Source: an uncultured Bacilli bacterium (GTDB lineage: Bacteria; Bacillota_I; Bacilli_A; RF39; UBA660). Taken from it: a DNA stretch of 52,326 bases. The translations under genes were made by a program, and so were the position numbers. The notes under the pieces were generated by a model. The model saw nothing but the letters and a program-made list of their open reading frames with translations, was not told the origin of the DNA and ran no database searches. Positions 10,785-20,006 of this stretch are shown here, in pieces. Location of the stretch: the NCBI GenBank assembly GCA_947624515.1, contig CANQKN010000003.1, positions 1 through 52,326 on the forward strand, read 5' to 3'. The stretch's first letter is position 1. Every line of letters begins with the position of its first letter.

Positions 10785-11189
10785 CTACATTACAGCAACT
10801 AAGGAAGAAATCGTATCATTCATTGTTTCCTGATTAGATTTTCCAGCAATGATTATCACACAGTTTTTTGGTAGATTAAATACATTGACTTTTCTATATT
10901 TTAATAATTCCCCAAATTTTAGTTGTTCTTCTTTTGAAATACTAGATAGATCCTTAATTACTAAGAAGCAATAATTCTCATTCTCATATTGGTTTAATTC
11001 TTGATACCATGATGGTGGTAAAAATTCTTTTTCTTCATAATGCCCTGTTAATTCATTGATGTTGATATCTGCTGGTAAAATGACACTATTTTTATCAAAT
11101 ATATCTGATTGAATATTTTCAAGCAGAATAGGTACATAATGAGTCTTAATATAAGCTTCTATCATTTCTAATCTATCTTGATTTTTCAT
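10785..11189 (-). CDS. Small degenerate (inactive) MoxR-like AAA+ domain protein
   Basis: PPSWYQEL, FLVIKDL and LPKNCVIIIAG align by eye with PTWLKRL, ILFLDEI and LPENARIVVAG of the upstream ATPases; no Walker A. Confidence 0.6.
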   Translation of the reverse strand: MKNQDRLEMIEAYIKTHYVPILLENIQSDIFDKNSVILPADININELTGHYEEKEFLPPSWYQELNQYENENYCFLVIKDLSSISKEEQLKFGELLKYRKVNVFNLPKNCVIIIAGKSNQETMNDTISSLVAVM

Positions 11190-13047
11190 TTTTCGTCTCT
11201 CTTTCTAATTTTTCTAAGCGATGATTATCTCCTTGGGTCCATAAGTTATCAAATAAAGATAAGGTTTCTTCTCCTAATTTTTCTACAAATTCTCTTACAG
11301 TTTCTATGTGCTCTTCATCTACTTGTGATAGGGCTACTGCTGTTACTGCTTTTTCACTAAGATTCATATTTAAATCTTCTTCTGTATAATTTCCATTTAA
11401 AACGTCTTCTAATGTAATTACTCTTTGATTACAGAAGGCTATAAACTCTCTTGTTAGTGCTTCTCCTATTAAAGCTCTTAACATTTCTGGTTTTCCTGTT
11501 GTATATAACATCTTAGATGCCATCTCCCATTTCCTTGGATCGGCATTTGGCTTCTTTCCTGTATATGTCGTTCTTAATGCAGCTTCTCTTCTATAATTGA
11601 TAAAAGCATAAATCGCTGGATGGATCTTCTTTTCGACTTTTCCTTCTTCATAGTCTATCTTTCCATATTCTTCTATTGGTGTTGATGCCCAATTTAACCA
11701 ATCTTCTACTGTTGTATGAATATAAATATGAGCTAGTCTATTATATAATGGCTGTGGTATTTCTATTGCTGATATCGAATCTTCTACTTCATTTCCTGCT
11801 ACTACGATTCTAGCATTTTCTGGTAGTTTCCACTTTCCATCTAATTCTCGATCTAAGATTAAATTATAGGCTAGATTTAGGATATAATTTGATTTTACAT
11901 TCGTGATTTCATCTAAGAATAAAATATGAATTTTATCTTTTTCTTTTTGACATTTTTCTTCTAAACGCTTTAACCAGGTTGGTTTTACATCTATCATTTC
12001 TCCTGTTTCCTGATTATAGACACTTTTTCCTGCAAAGGAATCGGGATTTTGCGTGATCATATAGATGATTTCACAGTCTGGATCAAGTTCTTTTATACGA
12101 GCACTTTTTCCATCACTTGGTAAACCATGTAGAAAGGGGGCAATTCCACTTTTAATAGCTCCTATTATTATTTCTTCTTCGGTTACTTGATCAAAATTCA
12201 AGTTATATAGATTTTTCTTATTGAGTTCTTCTTTTTGTTTTAACATAGCTGTTCTTATATTTTCATTTTGGATATCTCTAATAAAATGAGTATTTAAAAA
12301 CCAGTACAAATTTGTTTGGGTAAAATCTCCTTTATAATTTTCTTCTAAATTAAATTGTACACCTGCAAATAAAATATCTTCTGATATAATTCTATCTTTT
12401 TTCAAATCTCCTAACCATTTAATAGGTTCTACTTCTACCCATACATAATCACCATTTTGATATTTTTTTTTATTAGATAAAGTAAATTCTATTTCATCAT
12501 AAAAATTTGCTTTTACTCTTACATATTTTTTCCCTTGATATTCATATTCAATATGTAATTGAGGTTCAAAATCTCCTTTGTCATCTTTTCTAGAATCTGT
12601 TGTATAGGTTTTTCCCGTCTTTTTTAGAGTTCCTTGATAATATTTTCTTTCTAATACTCTTTGCATATTTTTACCTACTACTGTTTGAGGATATTCTCCA
12701 TACTCTACTTCTAGAATGTTATCATGTGCCAACATTTGATTTGAACAGATGGAAGCGATGGAAGAGTACAGTAAAACTGGACGGCAACCAATATCACGTA
12801 GGCTAGCATTGTAGTTATAACTATTACCAGCACAATTAACAACACGCGCATTATTACCTTCATCGTCTGTTTTGGTCCAATACTGTCCTGTTCTATCTTT
12901 TAAAGCTTTAGATGCATTTCCTCCTAATAATATCGCAAAACCGGTTATTCTAGCACTAGCTCCTCTTTGTTTAAAAATATCTAATCGATTAGTATCATTG
13001 CCATAGATTTGATCTCTTGTTAATATATCAACAATTATATTATTCAT
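11173..13047 (-). CDS. DUF6273/CLec-like N-terminal domain fused to MoxR-type AAA+ ATPase (paralog B)
   Basis: YWTK...GCRPVL, YGEYPQ, EPIKW; Walker A GLPSDGKS, Walker B LFLDE, sensor VVAGN, LYNRL, PRKWE. ATG 13047 follows AGGTGA and overlaps the paralog A stop. Confidence 0.8.
   Translation of the reverse strand: MNNIIVDILTRDQIYGNDTNRLDIFKQRGASARITGFAILLGGNASKALKDRTGQYWTKTDDEGNNARVVNCAGNSYNYNASLRDIGCRPVLLYSSIASICSNQMLAHDNILEVEYGEYPQTVVGKNMQRVLERKYYQGTLKKTGKTYTTDSRKDDKGDFEPQLHIEYEYQGKKYVRVKANFYDEIEFTLSNKKKYQNGDYVWVEVEPIKWLGDLKKDRIISEDILFAGVQFNLEENYKGDFTQTNLYWFLNTHFIRDIQNENIRTAMLKQKEELNKKNLYNLNFDQVTEEEIIIGAIKSGIAPFLHGLPSDGKSARIKELDPDCEIIYMITQNPDSFAGKSVYNQETGEMIDVKPTWLKRLEEKCQKEKDKIHILFLDEITNVKSNYILNLAYNLILDRELDGKWKLPENARIVVAGNEVEDSISAIEIPQPLYNRLAHIYIHTTVEDWLNWASTPIEEYGKIDYEEGKVEKKIHPAIYAFINYRREAALRTTYTGKKPNADPRKWEMASKMLYTTGKPEMLRALIGEALTREFIAFCNQRVITLEDVLNGNYTEEDLNMNLSEKAVTAVALSQVDEEHIETVREFVEKLGEETLSLFDNLWTQGDNHRLEKLERETKNEKSR
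11224..12152. repeat. Direct repeat copy 1 (about 929 bp, ATPase coding region)
   Basis: Matches 13115-14043 at offset 1891; no mismatch seen in spot checks; translations identical. Confidence 0.9.
12778..12870 (-). other. Hypervariable segment, DGR variable-region-like (paralog B)
   Basis: 93 nt between YWTK and CRP; dense first/second-position codon differences versus paralog A; most codons end in C/T. Confidence 0.5.
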
Positions 13048-14971
13048 CTTGTTTATCACCTAGCTTTTTTTCTTTAGCTTTGACATGATTCTTTATTAAT
13101 CTTTCTAAGCGATAATTATCTCCTTGGGTCCATAAGTTATCAAATAAAGATAAGGTTTCTTCTCCTAATTTTTCTACAAATTCTCTTACAGTTTCTATGT
13201 GCTCTTCATCTACTTGTGATAGGGCTACTGCTGTTACTGCTTTTTCACTAAGATTCATATTTAAATCTTCTTCTGTATAATTTCCATTTAAAACGTCTTC
13301 TAATGTAATTACTCTTTGATTACAGAAGGCTATAAACTCTCTTGTTAGTGCTTCTCCTATTAAAGCTCTTAACATTTCTGGTTTTCCTGTTGTATATAAC
13401 ATCTTAGATGCCATCTCCCATTTCCTTGGATCGGCATTTGGCTTCTTTCCTGTATATGTCGTTCTTAATGCAGCTTCTCTTCTATAATTGATAAAAGCAT
13501 AAATCGCTGGATGGATCTTCTTTTCGACTTTTCCTTCTTCATAGTCTATCTTTCCATATTCTTCTATTGGTGTTGATGCCCAATTTAACCAATCTTCTAC
13601 TGTTGTATGAATATAAATATGAGCTAGTCTATTATATAATGGCTGTGGTATTTCTATTGCTGATATCGAATCTTCTACTTCATTTCCTGCTACTACGATT
13701 CTAGCATTTTCTGGTAGTTTCCACTTTCCATCTAATTCTCGATCTAAGATTAAATTATAGGCTAGATTTAGGATATAATTTGATTTTACATTCGTGATTT
13801 CATCTAAGAATAAAATATGAATTTTATCTTTTTCTTTTTGACATTTTTCTTCTAAACGCTTTAACCAGGTTGGTTTTACATCTATCATTTCTCCTGTTTC
13901 CTGATTATAGACACTTTTTCCTGCAAAGGAATCGGGATTTTGCGTGATCATATAGATGATTTCACAGTCTGGATCAAGTTCTTTTATACGAGCACTTTTT
14001 CCATCACTTGGTAAACCATGTAGAAAGGGGGCAATTCCACTTTGGATAGCTCCTATTATTATTTCTTCTTCGGTTACTTCATCAAAATTCAAGTTATATA
14101 AATTTTTCTTATTGAGTTCTTCTTTTTGTTTTAACATAGCTGTTCTTATATTTTCATTTTGAATATCTTTAATAAAATAAGTATTTAAAAACCAGTACAG
14201 ATTTGTTTGAGAAAAATTCCCTATATAATTAATTTCCTGATTAAATTGTACACCTGCAAATAGAATATTTTCGGCTATCGCGATATTATTTTTACTATCT
14301 ACTAACCATTTAATAGGTTCTACTTCTACCCAAATATAATCACCATTTTGATATCTTACACCATTAGATAGAATAAAGTTTTTTTCATCATAACTAGCAT
14401 TTGCTTTTACTCTTACATATTTTTTTCCTTGATATTCATATTCAATATGAGATTGAGGTTCAAAATCTGCTCCTTCTTCCTCATAGTTTCTAGAATCCGT
14501 TGTATAGGTTTTTCCCGTCTTTTTTAAGGTTTCTTTACAAAGTTCCATTTCTAATACTTCTTGCATATTTTTATCTACTGGTTGTTGAGGATATTCCCCA
14601 TACTCTACTTCTAGAATGTTATCGTGTGCTATCACTTGATTTGAAGAGATGGAAGAGATGGCAGAGTATGATAAAACGGGACGACAGCCAATATGACGTC
14701 TGTTAATATTAGTGCTGTTAAAATAACCAGAATAGTTAACAACTTTCACGCAAATACTTCCATCAGCTTTTTTGGTCCAATACTGTCCTGCTCTATCTTT
14801 TAAAGCTTTCGAATTATTTACATGGTCAATTTCAGATGCAACTCCTCCTAATAATATCGCAAAACCAGTTATTCTGGCTCTAGCTCCTCTTTGTTTAAAA
14901 ATATCTAATCGATTAGTATCATCACCAAATATTTGGTCTTCTGTTAGTATATCAACAATTATATTATTCAT
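13040..14971 (-). CDS. DUF6273/CLec-like N-terminal domain fused to MoxR-type AAA+ ATPase (paralog A)
   Basis: Same motifs as paralog B; GGGGAG RBS; C-terminal ATPase translation identical to paralog B. Confidence 0.8.
   Translation of the reverse strand: MNNIIVDILTEDQIFGDDTNRLDIFKQRGARARITGFAILLGGVASEIDHVNNSKALKDRAGQYWTKKADGSICVKVVNYSGYFNSTNINRRHIGCRPVLSYSAISSISSNQVIAHDNILEVEYGEYPQQPVDKNMQEVLEMELCKETLKKTGKTYTTDSRNYEEEGADFEPQSHIEYEYQGKKYVRVKANASYDEKNFILSNGVRYQNGDYIWVEVEPIKWLVDSKNNIAIAENILFAGVQFNQEINYIGNFSQTNLYWFLNTYFIKDIQNENIRTAMLKQKEELNKKNLYNLNFDEVTEEEIIIGAIQSGIAPFLHGLPSDGKSARIKELDPDCEIIYMITQNPDSFAGKSVYNQETGEMIDVKPTWLKRLEEKCQKEKDKIHILFLDEITNVKSNYILNLAYNLILDRELDGKWKLPENARIVVAGNEVEDSISAIEIPQPLYNRLAHIYIHTTVEDWLNWASTPIEEYGKIDYEEGKVEKKIHPAIYAFINYRREAALRTTYTGKKPNADPRKWEMASKMLYTTGKPEMLRALIGEALTREFIAFCNQRVITLEDVLNGNYTEEDLNMNLSEKAVTAVALSQVDEEHIETVREFVEKLGEETLSLFDNLWTQGDNYRLERLIKNHVKAKEKKLGDKQDE
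13115..14043. repeat. Direct repeat copy 2 (about 929 bp, ATPase coding region)
   Basis: Matches 11224-12152. Confidence 0.9.
14678..14770 (-). other. Hypervariable segment, DGR variable-region-like (paralog A)
   Basis: Counterpart of 12778-12870; same length, no indels. Confidence 0.5.
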
Positions 14972-15101
14972 ACTGCTATCTCCCCAGTTTTTTGATTCCT
15001 ATGATATCACTTTTTCTATATTTTTACCAGTATTTTTGAATAAAATTAAGTTTTTAAGATTTTTATTTCTATTCCAATCTTTTTTATTCAATTTTTTTCA
15101 T

Positions 15102-15135
15102 AAAAAATAAAAGATGAACTTTTTTGGTTCATCTT
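15102..15135 (-). terminator. Intrinsic terminator after rpsR
   Basis: AAGATGAAC/GTTCATCTT stem followed by a T-rich tract on the minus strand. Confidence 0.7.
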
Positions 15136-15349
15136 ACTTAGTATAAGGTAATAAAGCAATTGCACGAGCGCGTTTGATTTGTTCTGCTATATGCCTTTGA
15201 TGTTTTGCACAAGCTCCTGTAATTCTTCTTGGTAAAATCTTACCTTTATCGTTAATATATCTTTTTAAAGTTTCTACATCTTTATAATTGATATCTTTTC
15301 CTGTACACATGTAGCATACTTTTTTCTTTTTCTTATAAAATTCTGCCAT
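15134..15349 (-). CDS. rpsR: 30S ribosomal protein S18
   Basis: True start [15 protein letters not shown] after AGGAGG; [13 protein letters not shown]...[10 protein letters not shown]...IKRAR. Confidence 0.97.
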   Translation of the reverse strand: MAEFYKKKKKVCYMCTGKDINYKDVETLKRYINDKGKILPRRITGACAKHQRHIAEQIKRARAIALLPYTK

Positions 15350-15365
15350 AGTCTTTCCTCCTTCT

Positions 15366-15848
15366 TTAGAATGGTAATTCATCATCACTAATCTCAATAG
15401 AAGATCCGAAATCTGCAAATGGATCATTTGATACATCTGTAGTTTGATTTGGAGTTGATGCAAAATCATATGGAGTTGCATTATCATTAAATGCAGGTTC
15501 CACATTACTTCCACCATTATTTGTATTAGCAGATCTTGTTCCTAAAAATTGAACATTATCAGCAACTACTTCTGTAACATATCTTTTTTGTCCATCTTGA
15601 CCATCATAACTTCTTGTTTGAATACGACCATCAATTGCTACTTGGCTACCTTTTGTTAGATAGTTTTTTACATTTTCAGCTTGTTTTCTCCAAACAACTA
15701 TATTAATAAAATCAGCTTCTCTTTCTCCATTTTGATTGGTGAAATTTCTATCAACAGCTAAACTAAATGTTGCTGTTGCGACATTACTACTAGTATATCT
15801 TAATTCTGGGTCTTTTGTTAATCTTCCGATTAAAAATACTTTATTCAT
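15366..15848 (-). CDS. ssb: Single-stranded DNA-binding protein
   Basis: [19 protein letters not shown]; acidic tail ISDDELPF. Confidence 0.97.
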   Translation of the reverse strand: MNKVFLIGRLTKDPELRYTSSNVATATFSLAVDRNFTNQNGEREADFINIVVWRKQAENVKNYLTKGSQVAIDGRIQTRSYDGQDGQKRYVTEVVADNVQFLGTRSANTNNGGSNVEPAFNDNATPYDFASTPNQTTDVSNDPFADFGSSIEISDDELPF

Positions 15849-15861
15849 TTTATTACCTCTC

Positions 15862-16152
15862 TTAATCTTCAACTTTTACTATTAAGTGACGAAGAATATT
15901 TTCATTAATTAATGATAAACGATCAAATTCTTTTGTTGCATTTAAATCTTCTGTTTCAATAGTAAATAAGAAATAATAACCTGTTTTATACTTATTAATT
16001 TCATAAGCTAATTCTTTTTGTCCCATCTCTTTTAGTTCTAACACTTTTGCATGATTAGATTCTAATACTGATTTCATATCTTCTGCTACTTGTTTAATAG
16101 ATGATTCTTCTAAATCAGGTTTTACGATGAACATAATTTCATACTTTCTCAT
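15862..16152 (-). CDS. rpsF: 30S ribosomal protein S6
   Basis: [14 protein letters not shown]...LAYEINK...ILRHLIVK. Confidence 0.97.
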   Translation of the reverse strand: MRKYEIMFIVKPDLEESSIKQVAEDMKSVLESNHAKVLELKEMGQKELAYEINKYKTGYYFLFTIETEDLNATKEFDRLSLINENILRHLIVKVED

Positions 16153-16154
16153 TT

Positions 16155-16200
16155 TCTACACCTCCCTTTGGTCTTTTGGCTATTTCTAGCAAGGAGTAAA
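16155..16200 (-). promoter_or_regulatory. Probable S6:S18 ribosomal protein leader
   Basis: Minus strand ACTCCTTG-GCTAGAAATAGC hairpin-...CAAAGGGAGGTG; CTCCTTG can pair with the SD region directly upstream of rpsF. Confidence 0.5.
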
Positions 16201-16225
16201 TTCATACTCGCTAGTAATATAACAA

Positions 16226-16253
16226 AAAAAAGCATTTCTGTAAATGCTTTTTT
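16226..16253. terminator. Intrinsic terminator after dehydrogenase gene
   Basis: AAAAAAGCATTT-CTGT-AAATGCTTTTTT. Confidence 0.65.
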
Positions 16254-16269
16254 AATATTTTTTTCTATT

Positions 16270-17295
16270 TTATTTATTAGGATCTACTAATATCTTAACA
16301 GCAGAATCTGTTCCAGATGTTAATCTTTCATAAGATGCTTGTACTTGATCTAGACCAACGATATCATCAATAAATTTTGTTGCTTCTACTTGTTTGCTAG
16401 CAATTAAATCAATACAAGTTCTAAATTCTTCTTTGGTATAACCTATGGCACCTAATACTTTTAATTCCTTCATAACAGCCATTACCGTATATGTTGAAAT
16501 ATCTTTGGTAGATACTCCTACTAACACAACAGTTCCACCCGGTTTTACTAAAGTTAAAGCACTATTTACAGCAGGAGCATTTCCGACACATTCAATTACT
16601 ACATCAAATCCTCCTTTTGTTTTTTCTAATAAGGTTAGTACTGTATTTTCTAATTTTGCATCATACCATTCATCTGCTACTTGTAATGATACTGACTTTT
16701 TACCTCTTTCTGGATTGGTTTCTGTTAATGCTACAAGACTCGCTCCTTCTTTTTTGGCAAACATGGCAGATACTAAACCAATGATTCCACCACCAATTAC
16801 TAAAACTTTAGCTCCTACTTTGATATCTGCTAAGTGAATTGCATGTAGTCCTACAGCAGTTGGTTCTACCATAGCTCCTTCTTCAAATGTCATAGTATCT
16901 GGTATTTGATATACCATATCGCTCCTTACTTTTAACATAGGAGCTAATCCTCCAGGATAGTCCATAGATAATCCTACAGCATGTGTCCATGTATCCTTAC
17001 AATACTGAACATTTCCTGTTTGGCAGCTATCACATTCTAAACATGGTGAAATTGGTAATGCTGTTACACGATCTCCTACTTTTAAATCTTGTCTAGAACC
17101 AGGATTTACTACAGTACCACTAAATTCATGTCCCATAATTAATCCTTTTGGTTCTCCATTTTCCCAGTAATGAATATCAGAACCACAAATTCCTGTTTTT
17201 GCTACTTTAATTAGAATGTCTTTTTGACTAGGAATTGGTTCTTCTACTTCCTTTATTTCAAATTCTCTGATTCCTTTAATAGCAACTGCTTTCAT
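16270..17295 (-). CDS. Zinc-dependent medium-chain alcohol/polyol dehydrogenase
   Basis: GICGSD, GHEFSG, CLECDSC...C structural zinc, GGGIIG Rossmann motif. Confidence 0.92.
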   Translation of the reverse strand: MKAVAIKGIREFEIKEVEEPIPSQKDILIKVAKTGICGSDIHYWENGEPKGLIMGHEFSGTVVNPGSRQDLKVGDRVTALPISPCLECDSCQTGNVQYCKDTWTHAVGLSMDYPGGLAPMLKVRSDMVYQIPDTMTFEEGAMVEPTAVGLHAIHLADIKVGAKVLVIGGGIIGLVSAMFAKKEGASLVALTETNPERGKKSVSLQVADEWYDAKLENTVLTLLEKTKGGFDVVIECVGNAPAVNSALTLVKPGGTVVLVGVSTKDISTYTVMAVMKELKVLGAIGYTKEEFRTCIDLIASKQVEATKFIDDIVGLDQVQASYERLTSGTDSAVKILVDPNK

Positions 17296-17400
17296 AATTT
17301 AGCCTCCTATTTTTATTGTAAACATTTTTCTCATAATTTAAAAGTAAGAATCTGAAATATTCCTGTTTCTTTACACTTTTATTCAAAAAAAAGATGACTT

Positions 17401-18042
17401 TTAGTCATCTGATTTTCCAAGTAATCTTAATAAATCAATAAAGATATTAATAAAATCTAGATATAATTGAAAAGCACCAAATATTGCTAAATTGCTCTCT
17501 TCCATTACTCCATCCATCTTTTTGATTTTTTGGATATCGTAAGCGATAAAACCGATAAAGATTATAATACTAATTATAGATAGTATAATATCAAAAGTTT
17601 CATTTTTTAAAAATAGATTAACAATTACACATAAAATAACTCCTATTAACATCATCATTAGGAAAGATCCTATTTTACTTAAATCTATTTTAGTATAATG
17701 GCCAATTAAGGCAAATATTAAGAATAGTAAAGCTGTTATTGCAAAAACCATAATGATCGATTCTAATTGATATACAACAAATAATGAAGAGAACGTTAAA
17801 CCACTAAAGAAAGTATATAATAAATAACTAATTTTAGCGGTAGTTGGTTGCATTTTATGAATTCTTATGGATAAAAAGATAGCAAGGCCTAGTTCTATTA
17901 AAACAAAGATCCAGTAATATCCTTTCATAAAAATAACAGAAAAAGCATCTTTATTAGTTGCTGTATAAGCACCTGTGATAAAAGTTACTAATAATCCAAT
18001 AAATAACCATATATAAACTTTAGAATAAATTTTATTTTCCAT
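17401..18042 (-). CDS. Bax inhibitor-1/YccA family membrane protein
   Basis: Multiple TM helices; AYDIQKIK, LYLDFINIF. Confidence 0.9.
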   Translation of the reverse strand: MENKIYSKVYIWLFIGLLVTFITGAYTATNKDAFSVIFMKGYYWIFVLIELGLAIFLSIRIHKMQPTTAKISYLLYTFFSGLTFSSLFVVYQLESIIMVFAITALLFLIFALIGHYTKIDLSKIGSFLMMMLIGVILCVIVNLFLKNETFDIILSIISIIIFIGFIAYDIQKIKKMDGVMEESNLAIFGAFQLYLDFINIFIDLLRLLGKSDD

Positions 18043-18067
18043 AAACGATTCCCCTTTAAATACTATT

Positions 18068-18772
18068 TTATTTTTCTTCTTTGCTAATTATTAATTTTTT
18101 ATATAATGATTCTGATATATTTGGGTTGAAACTTTCAGAATTAGTAGCTTGAAAGAAGGCTTGAATTTGTTCATATAATTGTTGAAATTCTTCTAATTCT
18201 AATATTTCTATTTTAGCTACTTCTTTTAAATGAATGCATTTTAAGACTTCAGAATAATATTCTAAATCTGATTTTTGATTTTTATTTTTTTCTTGATAAA
18301 TTTTATAATCTTTTAGTTCTTGTTTGACTCTTTCTAATTCTTCTACATTAATATCATCTAGTTCCTGCTCAGATAAGGTTTTTAATTTTGCTTTTAAGTT
18401 ATTTTGAACTTGAGGCTTTTTCTCCTCTGCAACGGGATTTCTTAATTGAGAAATGACACTGGTATTACCAGCTAATAAACTCCTTATCAATGTTACTAAT
18501 TTTGTATCTTGATATTCATCATAATCAAATTGATAATAACTTACTTCTAAATCATTAGCAGTTGTAGGATTAGCCTGTTTTCCTAGATATTTAAAATTAT
18601 AATTCTTAATATGAAAATCAGAAACATCAGGTAATTTGCTTGATTGATATGATTTATGAATAATTTCTCCGCATTCATTAACGATTATTTTAATGAAATC
18701 TTCTAATTTCTTTCTATCTAAATTTACCTCATATTTTATTAAACTTTGTTCTGTCTGTTCTATATAGTACAT
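18068..18772 (-). CDS. Hypothetical protein
   Basis: Long ORF; ATG 18772 (MYYIEQ) follows AAGGGAGG RBS; no recognisable motif. Confidence 0.7.
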   Translation of the reverse strand: MYYIEQTEQSLIKYEVNLDRKKLEDFIKIIVNECGEIIHKSYQSSKLPDVSDFHIKNYNFKYLGKQANPTTANDLEVSYYQFDYDEYQDTKLVTLIRSLLAGNTSVISQLRNPVAEEKKPQVQNNLKAKLKTLSEQELDDINVEELERVKQELKDYKIYQEKNKNQKSDLEYYSEVLKCIHLKEVAKIEILELEEFQQLYEQIQAFFQATNSESFNPNISESLYKKLIISKEEK

Positions 18773-18785
18773 ACCTAAACCTCCC

Positions 18786-19886
18786 TTATACATTAAATCT
18801 AAAATGACAGATGTCGCCATCTTGCATTAGATAATCCTTTCCTTCTAATCGAGCTTTTCCTGCTTCTTTTACTTTTAGTTCACTTCCACAAGATATTAAA
18901 TCTTCGTAAGACATTACTTCTGCTCGAATAAATCCTTTTTCAAAATCAGTATGAATAATTCCTGCACATTCCTTAGCATTCATTCCTTTTTTGAAAGTCC
19001 ATGCTCTTACCTCATCTGTTCCTACTGTAAAGTAGGTTGCTAGTCCTAATAAATCGTAAGTAGCTTTTATTAATTGATCTAATCCACTCATTTCAATTCC
19101 TAGAGCTTCTAACATTTCTTTATGATCTTTATCATCTAATTGACTTAGTTCTTCTTCTATTTTAGCACAAACCTTAATTACTTTAGCATTTTCTTTGTTG
19201 GCATATTCTTTTACTATTTTTACATAATCGTTATCTGCTTCTGCTACCTCTTCTTCATTAATATTAGCCATATAAATAATTGGTTTTAGTGTTAAGAAAT
19301 TATAAGATTTGATAGCCTGCTTTTCTTCTTTCGTAAAATCAACTGTTCTTAATGGTTGATTTTTTTCTAGGGCTTCTTTTGCTTTGATCAGAGCATCTAA
19401 TTCTACTAATTCATCTTTATCTTTCGTAGTTCTTACTTTTTTTTCTATTTTTTCGATTCGATTACCAATACTCTCTAAATCAGCTAGTACTAATTCTAAA
19501 TTGATAATTTCAATGTCGCGAAGTGGATCAACTTTTCCTTCTACATGAATGATATCACTATTTTCAAAACATCTTACTACTTCAACAATGGCATCTGTTT
19601 CCCTAATATGAGATAAGAATTTATTTCCTAATCCTTCGCCTTGACTAGCACCTTTTACTAATCCTGCAATATCAGTAAACTCAAAAGCAGTTGGTATCAG
19701 TCTTTCTGGATGATACATTTCATTTAAAGTATCTAATCTTTCATCCGGAACAGTTACAACTCCTACATTTGGTTCAATGGTAGCAAATGGATAATTTGCT
19801 GCGAGAATACTTTTCTTGGTAATGGCATTAAATAAAGTAGATTTTCCTACATTGGGTAAGCCTACAATTCCTGCTGTTAATCCCAT
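18786..19886 (-). CDS. ychF: Redox-regulated ATPase YchF
   Basis: GIVGLPNVGKSTLFN, ANYPFATIEPN, DIAGLVKGAS, TGS domain ending FRFNV. Confidence 0.97.
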   Translation of the reverse strand: MGLTAGIVGLPNVGKSTLFNAITKKSILAANYPFATIEPNVGVVTVPDERLDTLNEMYHPERLIPTAFEFTDIAGLVKGASQGEGLGNKFLSHIRETDAIVEVVRCFENSDIIHVEGKVDPLRDIEIINLELVLADLESIGNRIEKIEKKVRTTKDKDELVELDALIKAKEALEKNQPLRTVDFTKEEKQAIKSYNFLTLKPIIYMANINEEEVAEADNDYVKIVKEYANKENAKVIKVCAKIEEELSQLDDKDHKEMLEALGIEMSGLDQLIKATYDLLGLATYFTVGTDEVRAWTFKKGMNAKECAGIIHTDFEKGFIRAEVMSYEDLISCGSELKVKEAGKARLEGKDYLMQDGDICHFRFNV

Positions 19887-20006
19887 CTTTATCCCTCATT
19901 TCTTATTTAGTATTATATCATGTAATCTATGATTTTTAAATTTTTTATAAATGTTTCTGTTTTTCTGTAATTGGAAATAAACTTTCTTTCCTTTCTAAGA
20001 TCTTTT

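Noticed and set aside
9432-15110. Mobile element boundaries around the AAA/vWA operon
   Set aside because: I saw no integrase, transposase, terminal inverted repeats or target duplication.
15350-15517. N-terminal extension of S18 in the ORF track
   Set aside because: It overlaps ssb in another frame; the real start at 15349 has a strong RBS.
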